Below, piece by piece: positions 56,782-64,000 of a stretch of DNA of 64,000 nt. The notes under the pieces are model-generated. The model worked only from the letters and a program-made list of their open reading frames with translations. It did not search any database and had not been told where the DNA came from. The DNA is taken from positions 64,001-128,000 of the forward strand of contig CAYFHS010000003.1 in the NCBI GenBank assembly GCA_964342815.1, read 5' to 3'. Positions within the stretch are counted from its first letter, which is position 1. Each line of letters opens with the position of its first letter. Made by a program: the position numbers and the translations under genes. This DNA comes from an uncultured archaeon. GTDB lineage: Archaea > Thermoplasmatota > Penumbrarchaeia > JASLWR01.

Positions 56782-57528
56782 TCATTCCCTGATCACTTTG
56801 ATGATATTCCCACGCTCATCGATCCATACAATTCTGTCGTCGATTTCCTCTGCCCATGCAAATCCATTATAGAAATTATCGACCAATCTGAAACGGTGGG
56901 AGTATAATTCTTCACCATTCTTGTTGATATGAAAACAACCCTGCTCATCTTCAGCGACAGCATACCTTTTATGGAATATTCCAACATTGATAAAGGTTCT
57001 CTCATACACTCTATTTCCATTGCGATCTATATGAAAAACTCCTTCGGAATCTCTAACTCCCGCTACTCCTTCATTGAAATCGCCCACATGAAGATATCTT
57101 TCAGGGTATGTCCTATTTCCATCTAATTTGATATGGAAGAAATTTCCATCTCGATCGCAAACAGGGGCCAATCCCTCATTGAAATTTCCCGCCCACACAT
57201 ATCTATCCTCGTATACCTCGTTTCCATCAAGATCTATGTGGTAGTATTCACCGTTCTCAACAACTGCCGCTAATCCACCATAATACCCGAAGGTTCTGCC
57301 GTATCGTTCAGGATATAACGGCTCTCCGTTTTCAAGAATGTGATATGCACCGCTATCATCCAAGACTGGTGCACGAGAGTAACGAAATGCCAAAACGGAT
57401 AGAAAACGTTTCTTATAAGCCTCTGTACCATCGGGTCTGATATGATGTGTCCCATCACTGGATACTCGTAGGTTTTTCCAGTATACCTTCTTCTCGACAA
57501 TCTCGTTATTTGCCATATTAATTTTCAT
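56782..57528 (-). CDS. WG-repeat (KWG-like) protein
   Basis: Repeated F.EG.A.V...G.yfHId.dG motifs (about 6 copies). Confidence 0.8.
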   Translation of the reverse strand: MKINMANNEIVEKKVYWKNLRVSSDGTHHIRPDGTEAYKKRFLSVLAFRYSRAPVLDDSGAYHILENGEPLYPERYGRTFGYYGGLAAVVENGEYYHIDLDGNEVYEDRYVWAGNFNEGLAPVCDRDGNFFHIKLDGNRTYPERYLHVGDFNEGVAGVRDSEGVFHIDRNGNRVYERTFINVGIFHKRYAVAEDEQGCFHINKNGEELYSHRFRLVDNFYNGFAWAEEIDDRIVWIDERGNIIKVIRE

Positions 57529-58552
57529 CCTTATGTTCGTCTGGAGGGCGTCTCATATTGCATTTTCCGCATACTTCACTAACACCCCATTTCCTTATGA
57601 ATTCCGAATATTTCCTTCCTTTCCATAATTCGATGAAATCATCATCCTTTACATTTCCAAAATACCCGAATTTCTTCCGAAGCGCATCTGGAGAACAGCA
57701 CACATTAAAGGTTCCGTCCCATGCTATCCAGGCCTCATTTCCTACAAAAGGACATCTCCAATGAGATGGCACTATTGAGGATATATCATCGGTTTTGATT
57801 TTATAAACGTTCTCCAGTTTGAACTTGTTGCCGTTACTTAAACGGGAATTCTCTGCAATCTTGTGGAGTATTTCTACCATCGAGTTCCATCGCTTGATAC
57901 TATTCTTGTTCCTTCTCAATGACTGAATGGTTAGTTCTGGCCATGTTACCCATAGATGATGTCCCTTGAATCGATCCACATCCATATCTATGGCCATCTT
58001 CAAAATAGCAGGCAACTCTTTCAAATTGTTCTCCATGTAAGTGACCTGGAAAGTAATGGTCGGTTCGTTCCAATTGTTCCTTCGAAACGAGTCTCTGATT
58101 TTTATAAGATCCGTAATATTTTCGATCAACTTCTCATGTGAGATTCCATTCATTATCATCTCAGATGTGTATTTCGTAGCTCCGTTAATGGATATTTTCA
58201 CATCGCTGGCCACGGGAAGAATCATTCCCCCCCACTCTTTCACCCCTCTTCCCGAAAAGGTCCCATTCGTTGTGAGGTTCATTTTCAAATCGAACTTTTT
58301 TACAAGGTCGATTATCCTTTCGAAATCTCGATATAGCAGAGGTTCTCCCATAGTGCTAGGTATTATCTCTCTAAGGCCACGATCTACTGCGCTTTCGACC
58401 ACCTTTTCAATGATTTGAACGTCCATTATCCGTTTATACTTTCTTTCAGTGGTTCTATAATTGCTATGTTCTTCACACATTATGCAGTTCAGATTGCATA
58501 TGTCGGGATTGGTATCAAAGGTTATTCTCCAAGGGGCGTCCATGGAGCTCAC
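57518..58552 (-). CDS. Radical SAM protein with C-terminal SPASM/twitch domain
   Basis: DTNPD.CNLNCIMC, MGEPLLY, LTTNGT, ISING; CPF..EAWIAWDG.F.VCC, FGNV, CGKC. Confidence 0.9.
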   Translation of the reverse strand: MSSMDAPWRITFDTNPDICNLNCIMCEEHSNYRTTERKYKRIMDVQIIEKVVESAVDRGLREIIPSTMGEPLLYRDFERIIDLVKKFDLKMNLTTNGTFSGRGVKEWGGMILPVASDVKISINGATKYTSEMIMNGISHEKLIENITDLIKIRDSFRRNNWNEPTITFQVTYMENNLKELPAILKMAIDMDVDRFKGHHLWVTWPELTIQSLRRNKNSIKRWNSMVEILHKIAENSRLSNGNKFKLENVYKIKTDDISSIVPSHWRCPFVGNEAWIAWDGTFNVCCSPDALRKKFGYFGNVKDDDFIELWKGRKYSEFIRKWGVSEVCGKCNMRRPPDEHKDEN

Positions 58553-59754
58553 TTCATCACCTTTTCGTACAATTTCATAACGGACCTTGCATCATCCTCT
58601 ATTGAACGGACCTTTGAAGGTCTGATTTCTAGTTCGTTCAGAACCGTAGGATTCGAAATTATCCCTTGAAGCACTTTACGCAGGGAATCACTGTTTCCGA
58701 CATTAAAAAGGAAACCATCATTTCCATCCTCCACAAGTTCCTTCATTCCACCTATATCCGATGTAATCACCGGTACTCCCGCAAGAAAGGCCTCTTGAAT
58801 TACTAACGGGGAATTCTCGTACCATACGGACGGTACTATGAGCACGTCCATGTCATCCAGAACCGTCTGTATCTCCCAATTGTTGTAACAACCCTTAAAA
58901 TGAACATTTTCATTTGCATATTTTTCCAGGAAAGATTTATCCAGTTGGCTGTTGCCGTAGATGATTAGATTGGCACCTTTTGTATTCCAAAATGCTTCAA
59001 GCATCATTTTAATTCCTTTGACCGGGATTACGCGCCCCATAAAGCCAAAACTGATATTTTCATCACCTGAGTAGTGTTTCTTCTGATACTCAATTATATT
59101 CTTATCGAATCCATACTTGGAATAAGAAATCTTGCTTTCATCGACACCATTGCGGATAAAATACTTCATAAGGTATTTTGACGGGGAGAGGAAATAATCG
59201 ATCTTCTTAATAATTCGATTCATATGATTGACGTATTCCATATATCGTTCCCGAGTGACACAGTGCTTGAATTTGGCCCTTAAACATTGATAGCACATTT
59301 CGTGTTCTGGATTTGGGCATAGGTCTAAATTTTCCTTTATTGCCTGCCCCCTGATGCACCTCAGCCAGAAATCGTGAAGTGTGTAGATCACCGGAAGATC
59401 GAATTCATCTTTGATCACGTTGATAATATTCGTGGAAAGATGGGAAAGATGACCTATGTGGACGACATCTGGATGGATTCTTTGGATATATTTTCTCAAA
59501 GCAGCATCCATCTTAAGGTCAAGATATTTATCCTCAAGTGTATAATCCCGAAGAGGTTTATTTATTCTTCGAATTTTAACCTCGTTTATTACTTCATCGA
59601 GATGTGAATATGCATTCTCATATGGATTCTCCATACGCGTGAAGACGTACACTTCGGCGTATTTGGTTAATTCATTAGAGAGATTATATGTGTAAACTTC
59701 GGATCCTGCCATGTAATAGGGCGGATAACCGTGAATTATCTGTAACACCCTCAT
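58549..59754 (-). CDS. Glycosyltransferase family 4
   Basis: HGYPP...AGSEVY, TLHDFW..C, GRV.P.KG, VPS.WYENSPLVIQEA...G.PVI.S..GG. Confidence 0.92.
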   Translation of the reverse strand: MRVLQIIHGYPPYYMAGSEVYTYNLSNELTKYAEVYVFTRMENPYENAYSHLDEVINEVKIRRINKPLRDYTLEDKYLDLKMDAALRKYIQRIHPDVVHIGHLSHLSTNIINVIKDEFDLPVIYTLHDFWLRCIRGQAIKENLDLCPNPEHEMCYQCLRAKFKHCVTRERYMEYVNHMNRIIKKIDYFLSPSKYLMKYFIRNGVDESKISYSKYGFDKNIIEYQKKHYSGDENISFGFMGRVIPVKGIKMMLEAFWNTKGANLIIYGNSQLDKSFLEKYANENVHFKGCYNNWEIQTVLDDMDVLIVPSVWYENSPLVIQEAFLAGVPVITSDIGGMKELVEDGNDGFLFNVGNSDSLRKVLQGIISNPTVLNELEIRPSKVRSIEDDARSVMKLYEKVMK

Positions 59755-60686
59755 TTTGTAAATTCCTCCTTGTAAAGACCAATGGTACGATCAATGCCCT
59801 CTTTTGGAAATATTGTGGCACGGTATCCAAGTAATCTTCTTGCTTTTTCAGGGTTTCCAATAAAGCGTTCCACATCATAATTACGCGGATCGGAATAAGT
59901 TGTCTTTGGCCTGTTCTCCACATTATTCGATATGATATCCAAAACTTCCTGAAGTGTTGTTCCTTTTCCTGTGAGAATGTGGAATTTGTCATAATATCGG
60001 ATATTCGTGTTAGAGAGAAGTTCACTCATCTTGATTATACCGGTTACAGTATCGTCGATGTGGGTGAAATCGAATATCTGAGCTCCTCCATGAATATTCA
60101 GTTCTTCATCGTTCAGGGAATTCAGGATAAAACGGGGAATTACCCTATCCAGGATATCATATACTCCACCGTACACATTTGAGAATCTAAGTACACCAGT
60201 TCGAAGACCGTATTTTTTGAAATACTCATTACACATTCGCTCCCCGTCTATTTTCGTTTTTCCATAGACATTCGCTACCTTGTAGGGTGCGTTTTCCGAG
60301 ACGGGAAGTACATCCGGTTCCCCGTATACTTCCCTGCTGCTCCCAAAGATAACCCACGGATTATTGCCCGACAACCTTGCGGCCTCCAATACATTGGAGA
60401 TTCCGTTGACATTGATATTGATACATTCATCCGGTCTTTCATGTCCCCATATAACCCTCGATACGGCTGCGAGGTGAATGATACCATGAACATTCTTGGA
60501 GATATTATTCACCTTTTCAGAATCCCTGATATCGACATCATGATAAGTGATTTCATTCTGGATTTTCCGTAATGAACCGTGGTCCTTTCGATTGTCAAGA
60601 ATATCTACGGTATGTCCCATTTTCAGCAGAACCTTTGCCGTGCTGGAACCAATGAATCCTGCTCCACCGGTAATTAATATTCTCAT
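59751..60686 (-). CDS. NAD-dependent epimerase/dehydratase
   Basis: ITGGAGFIGS, IHLAAVS, SSREVYG, YGKTK, LRFSNVYG, DFTHIDD. Confidence 0.93.
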   Translation of the reverse strand: MRILITGGAGFIGSSTAKVLLKMGHTVDILDNRKDHGSLRKIQNEITYHDVDIRDSEKVNNISKNVHGIIHLAAVSRVIWGHERPDECININVNGISNVLEAARLSGNNPWVIFGSSREVYGEPDVLPVSENAPYKVANVYGKTKIDGERMCNEYFKKYGLRTGVLRFSNVYGGVYDILDRVIPRFILNSLNDEELNIHGGAQIFDFTHIDDTVTGIIKMSELLSNTNIRYYDKFHILTGKGTTLQEVLDIISNNVENRPKTTYSDPRNYDVERFIGNPEKARRLLGYRATIFPKEGIDRTIGLYKEEFTK

Positions 60687-60737
60687 TCACTCATCCTTTT
60701 GGTTTATTTCTATTGTTGTTGATATGCAGATAAAAAA

Positions 60738-60760
60738 GCTTTGGGAATAAATCCCAAAGC
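60738..60760. promoter_or_regulatory. Perfect inverted repeat upstream of the epimerase operon
   Basis: GCTTTGGGA-ATAAA-TCCCAAAGC. Confidence 0.4.
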
Positions 60761-61354
60761 CCAACCAATGGTTTATTATTTTTTATTCTTCGCCGCTGCT
60801 CGCTGGGCTCTTGCCTTGAAGCCTTGGTTTCTACCTGACTTGTCGGCACTAGATTGAATCCTAGCTGCAGCTTTCGCTGACATATTGGATTTTGTCATGG
60901 ACTTTACCTCCGTTCGTATATTTTATAGGGGAAAGCCCAGTTCTATGAACAAAGTTCACTAGAAAAGACATTCTATTCCGATAAAACCTTTCTACCTTCA
61001 CAGGCATCCAGAAAATCGATGCTGAATATCCTACGATATCCTCATCGAAGGATATATTGGTATTTAAAGTATTTTTTACATCATTGGGCATAGTCCCCAT
61101 TCTCCTAGGAGTACGCGCACCTCCCGGAGAGTTTCCAGAATGGAATGACTAGGTTTCCACTAAGGGTGACGTATTCCTGATGATATATATTTAGATAACA
61201 GGTATTAAAGTTTTCTTATATATTCTTTATAGAAGGTGTTTTTCTACCACTATGAGAATGATAATCCAGATTTTGAATAAACAGATGGAACAAATTAAAA
61301 AGGTATTGATTACTATTCCCTCCCATTGTCACAATTTAATATGGATGAACTTGC

Positions 61355-62880
61355 ATGTCAAGCAGCGAACTGGACATTAAAACCCTTGAGAACTGGCTAT
61401 GGGAAGCAGCCTGTAGAATACGGGGGGAAATCGACGCAGCGAAATACAAGGATTACATACTTCCACTAATATTCTTTAAAAGGCTATCGGACGTTTTTGA
61501 GGACGAAGTCATCAAGCTATCTCGAAATTACGGCAACAGAGAAGTTGCTGAGGAATTTGTGGAAGGGGACCACGGCCTCGTAAGATTCTTTATTCCAAAA
61601 AAGGCGAGGTGGGATGAATTAGCAAAGCAAACTACTGGTGTGGGAGAATATCTCACAGACGCGGTCCGTACAATTTCCAGAGAAAACCTGAAATTACAGG
61701 GAGTAATAGACATTGTGGATTTCAACGCCACAGCTGCGGGACAGCGGATAATCAGCGATGACAAGCTGAGATTACTGATAGACGTTCTTGGACGGTATAG
61801 GCTTGGAATAGACGATGTGGAGCCCGACATACTTGGAAGAACGAGTACCTTCTTAGAAAGTTCGCGGAAGGATCCGGACAGAGCGCCGGAGAATTCTATA
61901 CGCCGAGAGAAGTGGCAATATTGATGTCACACATTCTCGATCCCGGTGCAGGCCAAGAGATATACGATCCTTGTTGCGGTTCAGGCGGTTTGCTGATAAA
62001 AAGCTATCTTAGATTCAGAGAAAAATTCGAAAATCGCCCTAACGTAGAGCCGTTGAGATTCTTCGGTCAGGAAATTCTCCACTCCACCTTTGCCATGGCA
62101 AAGATGAATTCATTCATACATGATATGGAGGCGAACATAACGCTCGGAGACACGATGAACCGCCCAGCTTTCAAGAATAGGGGTGGTTCGCTGAGAAAGT
62201 TCGATCTCGTCACTGCTAATCCAATGTGGAACCAGAAATTCTCGCAGGATATCTTCGAGAATGATCCGTATGAGCGATTCGATATGGGTTATCCACCGTC
62301 AAGCAGTGCAGACTGGGGCTGGATACAGCACATGAACAAATCATTGCGGGATGACGGTAAGATGGCAGTGGTACTCGATACGGGAGCTGTATCGCGGGGA
62401 AGCGGGAATAAAGGAAGGAACAGGGAGCGGGACATAAGAAAAGAATTCGTTGAGAAGGATTGGGTAGAGGGAGTAATCCTGATGCCCGAGAATTTATTCT
62501 ATAACACCACTGCACCCGGTATAATACTTGTTATCAACAAGAATAAGAGAACTGAAAACGAGATAATGCTAATAAACGCCTCTAAGCTGTTCAAAAAGGG
62601 AAGACCGAAGAACTACCTTCCGGATGAAAGTATCAAACAGATCTCGGGGATATACCTTGGATGGAAGGAAGAGGATGGTATCGGTAAGATAATCAAGAAA
62701 GAGGAAGCGGCGAAGAATGATTATAATCTGAGCCCTTCAAGATACGTAGCACAGGATGAGGAGGACAAAACCCTGCCGGTGGAAGACGCACTGCTGTTGC
62801 TACGGGAAGCCGAAAAAGAGAGAAAAGAAGCGGATGGGAAGATGAGGGAGATATTGGAAAAATTGGGGATGGAGCTATGA
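61355..62880 (+). pseudogene. hsdM: Type I restriction-modification methyltransferase HsdM, frameshifted near 61840
   Basis: N-part LWEAAC..RG.IDAA.YKDYIL.L.F.KRLSD; after the shift EYLLRKFA...GEFYTPREV, YDPCCGSGG, ANPMWN (motif IV variant). Two ORFs in different frames. Confidence 0.85.
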
Positions 62881-63272
62881 AATGGACCGATGAGAGATTG
62901 AAATTACTCATCGAACAGGGGGAAGGTTATGATCTGGAATTCAAAGAGTCCTTTTCAAAGAAGATCGGGGTGGAAATCTGTGCATTTGCGAACGGTAACG
63001 GTGGAAAAATACTGCTGGGAATCACCGACCGCGGGGTCATGAAAGGGGTAAATACTACCCAGAAAACTACCCAGAAAACTACCCGGAAACAAGATGAAAT
63101 AATTGATTATTTAAGAGAACATCCATTTGCCAGCAGGAAAGAATTGGCCGAAAAGATAGATAAAATAACAGAAAATGGTGTGAAATATAATCTTAAGCGT
63201 TTGAAAGAATTGGGTATAATAAAGAGAGTCGGCCCGGATAAAGGCGGTCACTGGGAGGTAATCACATCCTGA
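62877..63272 (+). pseudogene. AlbA_2/Schlafen-domain regulator with large internal deletion, fused to C-terminal HTH
   Basis: GEG..LEFKES, ICAFAN..GG.ILLG.TD.G runs straight into TTQK repeats and SRKELA...VKYNL..L...G.I.RVGPDKGG.W. Confidence 0.65.
63054..63089 (+). repeat. 12-bp tandem repeat x3 (ACTACCC[A/G]GAAA) encoding TTQK
   Basis: ACTACCCAGAAA ACTACCCAGAAA ACTACCCGGAAA. Confidence 0.85.
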
Positions 63273-63355
63273 AGCACGATAAAAAAATCTACGATTCATT
63301 CCAGCAGTCCGTAATCCGAGCGAAGGCATTGGCGGAGCTTCAGGATGGGGTGGAG

Positions 63356-64000
63356 ATGGTGAAGGAAGTGATCGATTTAAACTGGGATGTAATGGCGTAT
63401 TTTCAAAAGAAAGCTCCGGAAATTGCTCCATTATTTGAGATTCATAAAAGAATCCTTGATCGGTCAAAAAAGCCTCCTAAAAAAGTTAAGAAAATATTTC
63501 TTGATGAGTTTGGTGAAGAAATTCAAAAGGAGGCTGATGGATATCAAGCGTATGTAGAATCAATAAACACAAAGGAAGGGAGAAAAGGATTGAAAAAAGC
63601 ATTTGCACCAATGGCATATTTATTCAGGTCTTCAGAGATAATTTCAAAAAAACCGCTCTACTATGAAGCAGTAGTTTCAGCTGTGACGGCGTTTGAAACA
63701 TATCTAAAAGATACTATAATCAATCTAATCACCGATAATAGAAAAGTTGAACAGAGGTTCTTTTTAGAATTGAATGACAAGCTTAGTTATGAGAAAATCA
63801 AGAAGTATGACTATGATTATGATAAATTAATGGGTTATATAGTAATAGAGAATTTCGATTTTTTCAAACTGGATAAAATCAACTCCCTGTATCGAAAAGC
63901 GTTGAGTGGGCAAAAAGACTCATTCTCAATTTTTCAGAATGAAAACCGTAGAAAACGGATTGAAAAATTCTTCAAAATACGTCATTTAATAGTACATAAT
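63356..64000 (+). CDS. Putative HEPN-domain protein (partial; runs off the window end; not in the ORF track)
   Basis: Open frame from ATG 63356 (GGGGTGGAG upstream) to the window end; AVVSAVTAFETYLKD helix and IRHLIVHN (RxxxxH). Confidence 0.65.
   Translation, partial: MVKEVIDLNWDVMAYFQKKAPEIAPLFEIHKRILDRSKKPPKKVKKIFLDEFGEEIQKEADGYQAYVESINTKEGRKGLKKAFAPMAYLFRSSEIISKKPLYYEAVVSAVTAFETYLKDTIINLITDNRKVEQRFFLELNDKLSYEKIKKYDYDYDKLMGYIVIENFDFFKLDKINSLYRKALSGQKDSFSIFQNENRRKRIEKFFKIRHLIVHN

Noticed and set aside
60861-61100. 79-aa minus-strand ORF between the epimerase operon and hsdM
   Set aside because: No motifs or clear SD; it may be a fragment, but it cannot be supported.
63054-63089. Phase-variable or iteron role for the 12-bp tandem repeat
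   Set aside because: In-frame TTQK repeats are a common linker before this type of HTH; changes in copy number would not switch the frame.

Overview
Archaeal chromosomal window, probably an uncultured Thermoplasmatota (inference). The basis is archaeal-type pyrH, PPAT, valS and metG, tRNAs without an encoded terminal CCA, TATA-like promoters, an EF-1alpha-type GTPase, and giant surface proteins with C-terminal Zn ribbons. Housekeeping genes (pyrH, coaD, valS, metG, pepD, panE, rpiA, three tRNAs) alternate with accessory blocks. The strongest candidate for a new system is at 34.7-40.9 kb. It has eight tandem, paralogous three-helix membrane proteins, all with a C-terminal Y-[G/A/S]-[V/A]-[Y/F]-S motif and an internal YP[Y/L] motif. 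They are followed by a radical SAM/SPASM enzyme resembling PlpX-type spliceases, and a divergent EF-1alpha paralog sits in the middle of the array. Other notable items are a hairpin array built from copies of the tRNA-Arg 5' end, a bacterial-type HtpG (Hsp90), a VapBC relic with a microhomology-type deletion, and a membrane pseudokinase beside a STAND NTPase. The window ends in a defence-island-like block: Fic, a six-gene epimerase/GT4/radical SAM/WG-repeat/HAD/methyltransferase operon, a frameshifted hsdM, a truncated AlbA_2 gene and a HEPN ORF. No CRISPR array or rRNA was found. All family assignments come from motif recognition by eye; no database search was run.
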